Shown here in pieces: positions 38,157 to 47,177 of a DNA stretch of 53,579 nt. A program made the translations under genes and the position numbers. Origin of the DNA: Bdellovibrionota bacterium (GTDB lineage Bacteria > Bdellovibrionota_B > Oligoflexia > Oligoflexales > Oligoflexaceae); the NCBI GenBank assembly GCA_040385935.1, contig JAZKGL010000277.1:1-53579 (forward strand). Direction: 5' to 3'. Under the pieces are notes generated by a model that did not search any database, was not told where the DNA came from, and saw only the letters and a list, made by a program, of their open reading frames with translations. Within the stretch, counting starts at the first letter, position 1, and each line of letters opens with the position of its first letter.

Positions 38157-39596
38157 ATGGGATGCATGCGTTATAGGTTAGCAAATATTGCCCAGTTAGG
38201 ACTCGCCCTCGGCGTCGTCCTCGCCGCGCACGTATTTGCGACTGATGGAGCGTGGGCCGAACCAGCCGTTATTCGTTATACCGATGAAGCAGCCGGATTT
38301 ATTGTGATCGATCAAGCCCCAGGAGACTGGAAGGATGGTGATCAAGTTTGTTTATTTGATAGCAAAGATGGCTTTTCAAGCTGCGAAGTGACGTTTCGCT
38401 GGCACACGCGCCAAGCCTTGCTCTTTCCAGGCAAGACCTACTTCGAACGTTTCGAAGTGGGTCAGGCTATCGATGTTAGGAAGATCTATCTTGGCAATCG
38501 GGATACCGAGTCGCCGCTCGATGTCATGACCTACAAAAACGAAATCAAAGCGGCAAGCGATCACAAGCTGAGTCAGACCAAGACGACCGATAATCTTAAA
38601 AGGCAAAAATTCGCCAAGGGTATGGCGCCTGAAGTTACTGTCGAAGTCCCAACGATTGAAGGCGATGAGTTCCCAGAAATCCTTATTCCTAAGCTTCACA
38701 AACAGAAAATCAAGCGAGATCGCGATACCTCGGACATCGCCTTGATTCGAAAAGGCCTCAAACGCACCCTAAAGAATCGCGATCAGGTGAAGTACCAATT
38801 CGCAAGTCTTGGGGCCCCTGAAGAAGTTCTGCCGCCAGTGATTCGAGACGACTATCCCAATCCCTTGAACGGAGCACTCAAGTTGAGTGTCTACAGCGCG
38901 ACGCCCCTCTTTCCCATGAGTGCATTTGATACCTTAAGATTCAAAACGATTACAAATCAAACAGTGAATCGTAATTCGCTCTGGAATCAAAGCAAAACCA
39001 AGCTTGAGGCGGACCAGGGCTACGGCCTTAACCTGCAAATTACCAGCCGGATGAAGTCTTTCGTCAACGTGGGCTGGCGTTATCATAACTACAATGCCCT
39101 AGACTCTCGCTCAACCTTTGATGAGTTTGATGTCAGTCTTATCGCGCTCAACAAGACTCGCGTAAACGAGCAAATTATCTATGCCGACTGGGGTCAGGTT
39201 CAGAACTGGACGGACTGGTACTACACGAGCTGGGCCTTTGGCAGTGATCTAGCGTATACAGATGTGAACTTTGACAGTCGCGTGGATAAAACCGATTCCG
39301 GTGCCTCTTTCATTTTGGCAAATGCACGACAAAGCTTTCTGACGATCGCACCTCGCGTTGTGTTATCAACCGGAGTCGAACGCTACGGCTTTGGGTTTAA
39401 CCTTGGTATGGCGCTGCAGATTCCAATCTATGACTTTAAGAAATCGTTTAAAGGGGAAGTGACTGTGCCCGAGCGTGTTCGATTCCAAGGTTCGGCCGTC
39501 GATGATCTCAAGAATTCGCTGACAGGCAAACGTAATGCCTTTGGTGCAGAAATATTTATCGGAATAAGCTATCAACCACAGAGGAAATCGAGATGA
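38157..39596 (+). CDS. Secreted protein with small N-terminal beta domain and C-terminal outer-membrane beta-barrel
   Basis: Signal peptide ending AWA; GFIVIDQAPGDWKDGDQVCLFD; C-terminal amphipathic strands (YGLNLQ, VNVGWRYH, FGFNLGMALQIP, FGAEIFIGISY). Confidence 0.55.
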   Translation: MGCMRYRLANIAQLGLALGVVLAAHVFATDGAWAEPAVIRYTDEAAGFIVIDQAPGDWKDGDQVCLFDSKDGFSSCEVTFRWHTRQALLFPGKTYFERFEVGQAIDVRKIYLGNRDTESPLDVMTYKNEIKAASDHKLSQTKTTDNLKRQKFAKGMAPEVTVEVPTIEGDEFPEILIPKLHKQKIKRDRDTSDIALIRKGLKRTLKNRDQVKYQFASLGAPEEVLPPVIRDDYPNPLNGALKLSVYSATPLFPMSAFDTLRFKTITNQTVNRNSLWNQSKTKLEADQGYGLNLQITSRMKSFVNVGWRYHNYNALDSRSTFDEFDVSLIALNKTRVNEQIIYADWGQVQNWTDWYYTSWAFGSDLAYTDVNFDSRVDKTDSGASFILANARQSFLTIAPRVVLSTGVERYGFGFNLGMALQIPIYDFKKSFKGEVTVPERVRFQGSAVDDLKNSLTGKRNAFGAEIFIGISYQPQRKSR

Positions 39597-42487
39597 ATAC
39601 ACGATCGATTTTGCTAATGTATTCTCTTGCCTTTTGTTTCTTAGTCTGGCCTGACGGCAGCAGCCAAGCCGAGCCTCGTGTGTTGCGCCTTGAAGGAAAG
39701 GAGTTAGGCAACCGCCTACTTTTACCTTTGCTGGTTGATCCCTCGCGTCTGCGAGAGATTCCGCAGAATGAAACCGCGCTAAAAGCCTTAAACGAAACGC
39801 TAGCCTCGGACAAGAAAGCTTTCGCTACGGAAGACCGAAAAGCCTTTTATGCCAAGCGGGTCTTTAGCAGCCTAAGCTTAAAAGCCTCCTACTGGCTTCG
39901 GCAAGCGAATGCATCGGACACCTTGGTTATCGATGCGCGGGATAAAGCGCTCCTTGAACTTTTGAACTTTGCTCCCGTCGCATTGAAGTTTGTTAAAGAA
40001 TCGGACCAAAGACAAGAAATCCAGTTGTCCTGGGGTTTGAGTCAATACGTGAAGAATCCGGCTAGCGCAGTAAAGACTCTAACAAAAGTCAATCCTCGCA
40101 ATTCCTCTGAGCGTGATTTGACGACTTATCTGATGGCCCTGCAGCGGTTGCGCAATGGAGATGCCGGTGCTCTTAGTCATTTGGAAGCTAGCTCTTCGCG
40201 CCTCGGAAAACAAGCGTCTATCACCACCGCCTTGGTTAAGGCCCAGTATTTATCATCACGCAAAGAAAATTATCGGCCAGAACTCCTCTATGCTTCGCGA
40301 CTTTGCCAGGAGCTTACCGCGGTTCAAAAGGAAGCTGTATTCCAGCAAAGTCTTTTGACTTGGACTAAGAGTTCAGATTTCAAAGGTCAATGGGAACCCG
40401 TTCCCTTCCAAGTGAACTGTTTCCAAAAGACCGCGAGTTTCCCTGCTTTTATGGAAGAGCTGGCAATTTTTGCCATAAATCTAGGACAGCTCGACAAGGC
40501 GATTGCTTACTATCAGCAGGCTGTCCTCGGTGCGAAGGCTGAACGCGAACGGGCGGAACTTGCCATGCGTTTTGTAGCAACGCATCGCCTAGCTTATCAG
40601 CGCAATGGGCGAAGGGAGGCTTATCAGACGGCGTTGATCGATAGCGAGCGCATGTTTCATGCGTTGCCCCAAGGTATAAAAATGCTCCAACTTCATGATG
40701 AACTTATTGCTGGCGAAGTCGCTTTAGGATTAAAGGCCGAACCCTCTTCCGCTCAGGTGACGAACACGCGCGTTGTTTACAATCGCTACATGGAATCAGC
40801 AAGCTTTAGCCCCGGTGCACGAAGAATCCGTGGCTTATGGGTTGATTTGCTCGTAATGAATAAAGAGATCGACGAGGCTATCGAGACCCTCTTGAGTCTG
40901 AGCCGCGGTAGCGCCGGCATCGTTCGGCAGTCCTATGTGAACCGTGCGCTTGATCTCCAGAATCAAATGCTCGCATGGAATGAATCCAACCCTTGGCAGC
41001 TGAACCCGGCCGCTGATATCCGGCAGCTCGCACGGCTAGGACAAATCGTTGATCTCATGGCCGCCTCAGGGCAAAACAAAAGCTCCCTGCAGATACTGAG
41101 GGCTCAGATCGCGCAGCGTCTTGGCTTGACTCAGGAGGCGCGCATTCGCTTCCAAAAGACTTTGATGACGGCAACCAAGCCTTCCGATCAAAATAAGATT
41201 TTCACGACACTCCTTCTCTCTGCACTCAATTCGATGGATCTGCCCGAAATTGAGCGTCTTTCGGAAGAATCCTTTGCCAAAGGATTTCAACTGAGCGAAG
41301 CGTTGCCCGAAAACAAGTCGATCAAACAACTCTACCTCGATACCCTGGTAGCTATGGTCGAGAATCTCTACACTCGCTCCGAGTGGCTAAAGTCGCGTGC
41401 GAAGGTGGATAAAGTGATTCCTCTGCTCGCGGATGTCGCTTTGCGCAATCGACTTTTGTATATGAAAGCACGGAGCTTTCAAAACGAATCTATGTTCACC
41501 GACGCACTCGCGAGCTTGGACATAATCGATGCCAGTTCACTCTCGAACGAACTGTGGCAGGAGGCTGTCCTTGAAAAAGCTACGCTCCTCCTCGGACAAG
41601 CAAACATCGAAGGTTCGACTTTATCTTATGAACGCTATCTCTCCGTGCTGCCTAACGGCGAACGTGTAAATGAAGTTCGTATTGGATTAGTGGACCTTTT
41701 GATGGCTCAAGGTCGGTGGGCTGATGCTCGGACCCATTTGCGCACCCTCATTCTCAATCCGGGGAGTGACGAAGAGGATCTAAATATCTGGGGGCAAAAG
41801 CTGGTTGAGGTTCATAAGAACCTTTTGGACGTCAATTTACTTTCGCAGGATATCGATGCATTCAATAAGCTGAAATTTGAAAATAAATCTGTATTGGCTC
41901 AGCTCCTGCATATCCAGCTCAAGAAAGTGCCTCATCTGGAAGTCGAGAAGTATTTCCTTGAACAGGACTTCAGTGTGAGTTCCGTTCAAGATCTCATAAC
42001 TGAAAGCGCTTATCTGAAAGCCAAAGAATACTCGGCAAAGAATTATGCAACTCTAGAAAGCAAACTTCGCTCGCCGGCCCCTGTCCAAGAAAACGAAGTG
42101 AGAACGGCCTACGATTCATTAGCCAAGGTCTACCTAAAAGTTTGTGATCGACCAGGGTCCGCTTACTGCGCGTTAGCACTCGGTGAGCTTGTTCACGAAA
42201 TTGATCGCTACCAGGATTTGGCATCGACTTTAAAATCCGGAGAGCAAAAGAGCTTGGCCGTCGAAGCCTACTTGGGAGCCGAAAAAATTGCTCTTGAGAA
42301 ACAGGTGCAGGATGCGGTTCGCATCCGCAGCGGTGCTGCTCAGTGGCTGGGTGAGCAAAGTCGAGAGGACGAAAGCATGTGGCGCTACATAGGCGTCAAT
42401 CTGCAAAAAGGGATAGGCACCCTGGATTTGCCAAGTCTTATTTCCAAAGATGCATCTCTTCACTATAGCCAAGGAGGCCCTCAATGA
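39593..42487 (+). CDS. Large secreted TPR/alpha-solenoid protein (GltD/AgmU-like)
   Basis: Signal peptide ending SQA; TPR helices (LGQLDKAIAYYQQA, YERYLSVLPNG, QGRWADARTHL); C-terminal YLKVCDRPGSAYCALAL. Confidence 0.65.
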   Translation: MNTRSILLMYSLAFCFLVWPDGSSQAEPRVLRLEGKELGNRLLLPLLVDPSRLREIPQNETALKALNETLASDKKAFATEDRKAFYAKRVFSSLSLKASYWLRQANASDTLVIDARDKALLELLNFAPVALKFVKESDQRQEIQLSWGLSQYVKNPASAVKTLTKVNPRNSSERDLTTYLMALQRLRNGDAGALSHLEASSSRLGKQASITTALVKAQYLSSRKENYRPELLYASRLCQELTAVQKEAVFQQSLLTWTKSSDFKGQWEPVPFQVNCFQKTASFPAFMEELAIFAINLGQLDKAIAYYQQAVLGAKAERERAELAMRFVATHRLAYQRNGRREAYQTALIDSERMFHALPQGIKMLQLHDELIAGEVALGLKAEPSSAQVTNTRVVYNRYMESASFSPGARRIRGLWVDLLVMNKEIDEAIETLLSLSRGSAGIVRQSYVNRALDLQNQMLAWNESNPWQLNPAADIRQLARLGQIVDLMAASGQNKSSLQILRAQIAQRLGLTQEARIRFQKTLMTATKPSDQNKIFTTLLLSALNSMDLPEIERLSEESFAKGFQLSEALPENKSIKQLYLDTLVAMVENLYTRSEWLKSRAKVDKVIPLLADVALRNRLLYMKARSFQNESMFTDALASLDIIDASSLSNELWQEAVLEKATLLLGQANIEGSTLSYERYLSVLPNGERVNEVRIGLVDLLMAQGRWADARTHLRTLILNPGSDEEDLNIWGQKLVEVHKNLLDVNLLSQDIDAFNKLKFENKSVLAQLLHIQLKKVPHLEVEKYFLEQDFSVSSVQDLITESAYLKAKEYSAKNYATLESKLRSPAPVQENEVRTAYDSLAKVYLKVCDRPGSAYCALALGELVHEIDRYQDLASTLKSGEQKSLAVEAYLGAEKIALEKQVQDAVRIRSGAAQWLGEQSREDESMWRYIGVNLQKGIGTLDLPSLISKDASLHYSQGGPQ

Positions 42488-43317
42488 AACGCCTAGCCTT
42501 AATAACATTACTCGCTGCATCGTGTCAGTCTACCTCTCAATCCGAGGCTGAATCGGGCGCTCAGTCTCGCTTGTGGCTCCTTATGCGCAACGGCCGCTTC
42601 GAGGTATCGGGTGGAGCAGCCGATGTGAAAAGCTCGCCTGAACTCGATCCGATTTTAAAGGCCGCGCACGATCTCCAATGGGACAAAGTAAAGGTCTTAG
42701 CTGAAGCCCATTTGCAAAGGTTTCCCGGCAATAAAGATGGTCTCTTACTCCTCTCTCTCGCGTATTCGGGTTTAGGTGATTCCGCTCGAAGCCGCTTCTT
42801 TGCTGAGCTGGTTTTAAAAGGTCACCCAGGCAACGCTTTTGCCCTCAATATCCTTGGCCTTCTCAAAAAATCTAGCGCTGTCCTACCCGAGGATAATCGT
42901 CAGGCTCTCGTCTACTTTCAACTCGCCCAGCAAGCCGCTCCACAAAATCCTATCGGTGCGCTGAATTCTGCTTATTTGAATCTTGAACTCGGAAATTTCC
43001 AAGAGGCGCGAAGCGATTTCAAACTTGCGTCTACTAAGTGCGACGATTGTAACGAAGCACGCATCGGCTCAGCTTTATCAAATCAGGCTTTGGGATTGTT
43101 TGATGAGGCCAAAATCGATATCGATGCTGTCTTAGCTCGCGAGGAGAGCCATCCCGTGGCTTTGCTTTTGCTCGCCACTCAATCGCTCTATCTGAAAAAA
43201 GAATACGACGAAAGCCGAAAGCTGTTAACAGCTCTTTTGGATAATGTGCAAAGTGGGAGTGAGTTGCGAAAAGAAGTGCGAACCATGCTCAACCGTATGG
43301 ATGGGATGGCTCATTAA
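42484..43317 (+). CDS. TPR lipoprotein (GltE/AglT-like)
   Basis: Lipobox LAASC; TPRs ALNILGLL, ALNSAYLNLELGNFQEARSDF, ALGLFDEAK; ATGA overlap. Confidence 0.75.
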   Translation: MKRLALITLLAASCQSTSQSEAESGAQSRLWLLMRNGRFEVSGGAADVKSSPELDPILKAAHDLQWDKVKVLAEAHLQRFPGNKDGLLLLSLAYSGLGDSARSRFFAELVLKGHPGNAFALNILGLLKKSSAVLPEDNRQALVYFQLAQQAAPQNPIGALNSAYLNLELGNFQEARSDFKLASTKCDDCNEARIGSALSNQALGLFDEAKIDIDAVLAREESHPVALLLLATQSLYLKKEYDESRKLLTALLDNVQSGSELRKEVRTMLNRMDGMAH

Positions 43318-43318
43318 C

Positions 43319-44449
43319 TTAGTCAAAATCAAGGATGATGGTCTGACCAGCGGTTTTGGCTAAACTATCTAAGCTTTTGCTTTCGTAGTTTAAATCACGC
43401 GATCGACTTTTAACTGTCGCTCCCTTTGAGACTTTTTCAACAAACCAAGTGTATTGACCGGTCTTGATCTTTACAGATTCGCTGAAGGAACGTGTTTCTT
43501 TCTGAATCGGAGCGCGCCCTTTGATCTGTAGGGTCAAACGATAGCGCTCGCCCGCCTTCAACTCTTTGTCATCCGACCAGGAAAAGCGCTGAATCCTCTC
43601 AACCGATTTTCCGAGGATGACCGCTCGGGCTAATGGGTACTCGAGAGCCAGAGCATCCGATTCCGCTGTCTTGGAATGATCTGTGGACGACAAGCTTTTA
43701 TCGACCGTAAAGGATATCGCTTCCGATCGATACTGATGCTTGGCATCTTCGATCTGCAGTTTGTAACGGCCGCTTTTATTGAGGACGAGGGTATACCAAG
43801 TCTCTTTTTGACTCACGACAGGCGAGGTGCGAACCTCGTCTTCCTGCCAAACGTAGATGCGATAGGTCAGACCATCTTTTGGTGGATTCCAAATGAGGGG
43901 AATTTTTGTTTGACCCTCGAGGAAGAAAAAGGCGTCGTCGCCGGGTGATAAGATTTCGATAGGTAGAAATTTGGCGCCGATCTGCACCGATTCCTCTTCC
44001 GAGGTTTCATCTTTCACTTGAGGAAGCTCCAGAGACTTGTCGAGTGTCACGATGCTGCGAAAGAAACTGGAAGCAAAACTTAGGAGCGGAGTATCTTTGA
44101 TTTCTTTTTTAGCTTCAGGTCCATGATCCCAGATCGCTTTAAGAGGGTAGGGCCTGGTTTCCATCTTGCGTATTAGATCTTCATCGAGCCTTGTGATCAT
44201 CGGCTGGATAATACGAACTTTACGGTCAACCTTCTCCCCATCCATCTTCAAGGAAATCTCAATACGCGAACCCAGATCGGTGCGTATCAGAGATCCAATT
44301 GGAATGCTCTTAGCTTTGAGAGGACGCCACTCGGTATCCATAGGTCCTTTGATAGCCACAAAGCCTTTTTTCGACACGACTTCATACACCGGTTGGGCGT
44401 GAAGGAAAGGTGTGAAGCTCAAAAGAACAAAGGTGAACCAAAGTCTCAT
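43319..44449 (-). CDS. Secreted protein with FecR-like N-terminal segment and two Ig/FN3-like domains
   Basis: Signal peptide ending LHA; KGFVAIK....EWRPL....IPIGSLIRTDLGSRIEI; IEILSPGDD..LIW and LEYPLAR..FSW..GQYTWFVE domains. Confidence 0.55.
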   Translation of the reverse strand: MRLWFTFVLLSFTPFLHAQPVYEVVSKKGFVAIKGPMDTEWRPLKAKSIPIGSLIRTDLGSRIEISLKMDGEKVDRKVRIIQPMITRLDEDLIRKMETRPYPLKAIWDHGPEAKKEIKDTPLLSFASSFFRSIVTLDKSLELPQVKDETSEEESVQIGAKFLPIEILSPGDDAFFFLEGQTKIPLIWNPPKDGLTYRIYVWQEDEVRTSPVVSQKETWYTLVLNKSGRYKLQIEDAKHQYRSEAISFTVDKSLSSTDHSKTAESDALALEYPLARAVILGKSVERIQRFSWSDDKELKAGERYRLTLQIKGRAPIQKETRSFSESVKIKTGQYTWFVEKVSKGATVKSRSRDLNYESKSLDSLAKTAGQTIILDFD

Positions 44450-45468
44450 GGCCGAGGCTCAGTTTCTGCCACGGGTTGATTTGCCTGTGGTGCTTTTATT
44501 AACTCAAGCTTTCGTTTAAGTTCGTGGGTGCCGCTATTCAAGGCCGAAATCATGGGCTCGAAGTCTTGAAAGAATTCTCCCGGCTGGTGCTGAGTCGGGA
44601 TTTGCAGGCCAAGGGAAAAGTCTTGAAACGAGGCGGCAAGGACTTGAATCTGATCACGAAGATTCATGATAAAGAATCGACCGAGCAGAAGGAGAAAGGC
44701 GATGCCGAAAAAGAGAGCGCCTAAAAACCAAGTGCTAGGTTTCCAAAGGGGAGCAAAAATAAGGGAAGCGGGCGATTCGGCGAAAAGCGTGAGATTGCTT
44801 TGGTTCATGTGCATAGCAAAACCCAGGACCTTCATTCCGGAATCTGTATAAGGAGCGGATCCTGAGCGGGTGAGAGGTGTTCGGATAAACTCTTGCACAA
44901 GTGGTTTTTTCAAAAGTGCTTCTTGCGGTTCGGCGCGGTCGGATTGAAAGACCGGCTTGCCCCGACTATCGAGAAGAAAGATTCGTGTGGGAGCGACATC
45001 AGCGAATAGCGCAAGATCACCTTTATCCAAAGTCCATAGACCCCAGTAGTAGCCTGCCGAGAGGAATGCGCCATGGAACTGGGTCTCAGGAAGGAGCAAG
45101 GGACAGATCAGATAGAGTGAGCCTGCAACGTTTTGAGTGTCACAGCTGCTCTCGGGAGGTGCATTGGTCATGAGGCCCTCAGGCATCTGACCACGAACGG
45201 CGACTATTTTTGCCGCCTTTTTCTGCATAAGTGCGACAGGCTCGCGCTTGAATTGAAGACTGCCTGAGCCACTCGCGAAGGTGGTAAATTGATCGAGTGA
45301 CCGATCAAATCTTTGCGCGAGCTGTTCAAAGTTGAGAAATGTAATCATACGGCGGTTATCAAGTTCGCTCTTGAGATAAAAGTAGAGCAGCCCGCCGCAA
45401 ATTATTGTGGGTACGAGGATGAGCGATACGGTCAGGATCAGCGACCAAAGCCTAAGGCCAGTTTTCAT
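44446..45468 (-). CDS. Two-TM membrane protein with Cache-like periplasmic domain and HAMP-like tail, no output domain
   Basis: N-terminal TM; IFLLDSRGKPVFQSD...GMKVLGF...NLTLFAESP; second TM; LRDQIQVLAASFQDFSLG...DFEPMISALN, then the protein ends. Confidence 0.55.
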   Translation of the reverse strand: MKTGLRLWSLILTVSLILVPTIICGGLLYFYLKSELDNRRMITFLNFEQLAQRFDRSLDQFTTFASGSGSLQFKREPVALMQKKAAKIVAVRGQMPEGLMTNAPPESSCDTQNVAGSLYLICPLLLPETQFHGAFLSAGYYWGLWTLDKGDLALFADVAPTRIFLLDSRGKPVFQSDRAEPQEALLKKPLVQEFIRTPLTRSGSAPYTDSGMKVLGFAMHMNQSNLTLFAESPASLIFAPLWKPSTWFLGALFFGIAFLLLLGRFFIMNLRDQIQVLAASFQDFSLGLQIPTQHQPGEFFQDFEPMISALNSGTHELKRKLELIKAPQANQPVAETEPRP

Positions 45469-46277
45469 GGTTTATCCTTTGGATCAGTCGTTTTACGAGA
45501 AACAATTAGCTCCAATCGGCGGTTTTGTTTACGGGCATCGCTGAGAGCTGACCCATTCAACTGACGAATCGAAATAAGCGGTGATGTGTCCGCAGCTCCA
45601 CTGATCTTCAATTTTTGACCAGCGAATCCATGGGTTTGGAAATAGTCGCCGACGCTCGCAGCTCGTGCGGCAGAGAGCGACCAATTGCTCGACCATTCAC
45701 CGCCGGTTCGTGGCAGGATATCATCCGTATGTGCGATGACCTCCAGCTTCACCATATCTTTCATTTTAAAAAGCGTCTGAGAGATCTCGGCGAGCTTAGC
45801 CGTCGCGGCTGGTGTGAGAGTCGCTGAGCCACTGTTAAAGCCCGCATCGGTGGGGATTATGATTTTGAGGCTGGAGTCAGCCGCAAAACTTACATCGTTC
45901 ACACCGTCTTCACCCATTTTTTTGGCAAAAACATCTTTCAAAGCTTTGGCTTGTTTTTGATCCGCAAACTTCTTTTCGATGTCGCTCACGGCGGTTGAAG
46001 GGTTGAGTTCAATCATTTTAAGCAGGAGCTGGAAAGCACGCGCTTGACGTTCTTCGTTCGCCGGGGTATCGATGTGTTCCATGACGGGACGCTCAAAGCC
46101 GCTTAGCGATTCCCCAATCTTCTTTTGAAGTTCTTTCACACGTCCATCATCAGACACCGCTTTGTACATCAGGACGAAAAAACCAAACATCAAAGTCATG
46201 AGATCAGCGTAGGAGACTAGCCAGCCTTCGCCTTCTTCTTCGTGCTGCTGATGATGCTGATGATGCTTGCTCGCCAT
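45465..46277 (-). CDS. motB: Motor stator protein MotB (OmpA-like peptidoglycan-binding domain)
   Basis: GWLVSYADLMTLMFGFFVLMY TM with the essential Asp; FNSGSATL, EVIAHTDD, SNWSLSAARAASV, NRRLELIV. Confidence 0.93.
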   Translation of the reverse strand: MASKHHQHHQQHEEEGEGWLVSYADLMTLMFGFFVLMYKAVSDDGRVKELQKKIGESLSGFERPVMEHIDTPANEERQARAFQLLLKMIELNPSTAVSDIEKKFADQKQAKALKDVFAKKMGEDGVNDVSFAADSSLKIIIPTDAGFNSGSATLTPAATAKLAEISQTLFKMKDMVKLEVIAHTDDILPRTGGEWSSNWSLSAARAASVGDYFQTHGFAGQKLKISGAADTSPLISIRQLNGSALSDARKQNRRLELIVSRKTTDPKDKP

Positions 46278-46313
46278 AGCGTGCCCCGATGCGTGGTTCT
46301 CGTACTTTTAGGA

Positions 46314-47105
46314 TTAAACAGCTTTTTTACCGCTTTCTCGTTGACTCGGAAGCAGGTAGGATTTGGTTTTCTCTTCGACGAATTTGGTCGGCTTGCGCTC
46401 ATGGATCAGCATGATGCCTTCGATAATCATCAGGCGCAGAGTGAAGTCGTCTTTGGATCGTTTGGTTAAATATTCGCCCATAGGCAAAAAGACTATGTTG
46501 GCAAAAACCAATCCGTAAAGCGTCGCAAGCAGAGCGAGGGACATGGACGTACCGATGTTGTCGGAGTTACCTTTGCCAATTGCTTGGAGAAGCGCGATCA
46601 TGCCCATGGTTGTTCCCATAAGTCCGAAGGCTGGCGGGAACTTGGCAAGGGTCTTGAAAATACCTGCATCCTGGGAGTAGGTGGCAAACACGGTATTTGC
46701 ACGAAGCTCAAGCATTTCTCTGAGTTCGTCTTTAGAAATGTCGGCTTCGGTCCAGGCTAAGACCTGTGCGGACTCGCGAAGAAAGGGATGTTTGGCCTGC
46801 TCACTGGCCGATCGAAAAGCTTCTTTCCCCTGCACGCGCGCTTGACTCAAAGCCACGATACCGGTCACGACATCGGCATTGGTCATCTTCTCTTTTTTCA
46901 TGAGAATGTCATTCATGATGACTTTAAGCAGTTTTAAAACCTGGCCGTATGGGAAACAAGCAAAGCTCAGCGCGATGGTTCCGCCAATTACGAGAATGAT
47001 ACTGTGAAGGTCAAAGAGAATCCACAGGTTGTCGAGAGTCATAGCTAAGGAAATGGCTACAACCACTATACTCGCCAGGTATCCAAGTATGATCGCAAAA
47101 TTCAT
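46314..47105 (-). CDS. motA: Motor stator protein MotA (short PomA/MotP-length type)
   Basis: SIILVIGGT, AR..G, HPFLR, PAFGLMGT.MGMI, IG.SMSLALLATLYG...N.VFLP, IEGIMLI; 263 aa. Confidence 0.93.
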   Translation of the reverse strand: MNFAIILGYLASIVVVAISLAMTLDNLWILFDLHSIILVIGGTIALSFACFPYGQVLKLLKVIMNDILMKKEKMTNADVVTGIVALSQARVQGKEAFRSASEQAKHPFLRESAQVLAWTEADISKDELREMLELRANTVFATYSQDAGIFKTLAKFPPAFGLMGTTMGMIALLQAIGKGNSDNIGTSMSLALLATLYGLVFANIVFLPMGEYLTKRSKDDFTLRLMIIEGIMLIHERKPTKFVEEKTKSYLLPSQRESGKKAV

Positions 47106-47177
47106 AAGGCACCTTAAGGGTGTGGGGGCTCACGTTTGATTATAGATGGTTCGCAAGTTCTCGGGCCTCGGCAGGGA

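Noticed and set aside
46243-46268. CATCATCAG micro-repeat (HHQHHQQH) at the MotB N-terminus as a phase-variation tract
   Set aside because: In-frame and only about two units; His/Glu-rich N-termini are common in MotB proteins.
45465-47105. Zorya (ZorAB) anti-phage system or ExbBD/TolQR/AglRQS motor
   Set aside because: The A subunit is 263 aa with no long ZorA tail, and no zorC/D/E-like helicase or nuclease is nearby. The B subunit has the flagellar-type WxxxYADxxT TM and an OmpA-like domain, unlike ExbD/TolR.
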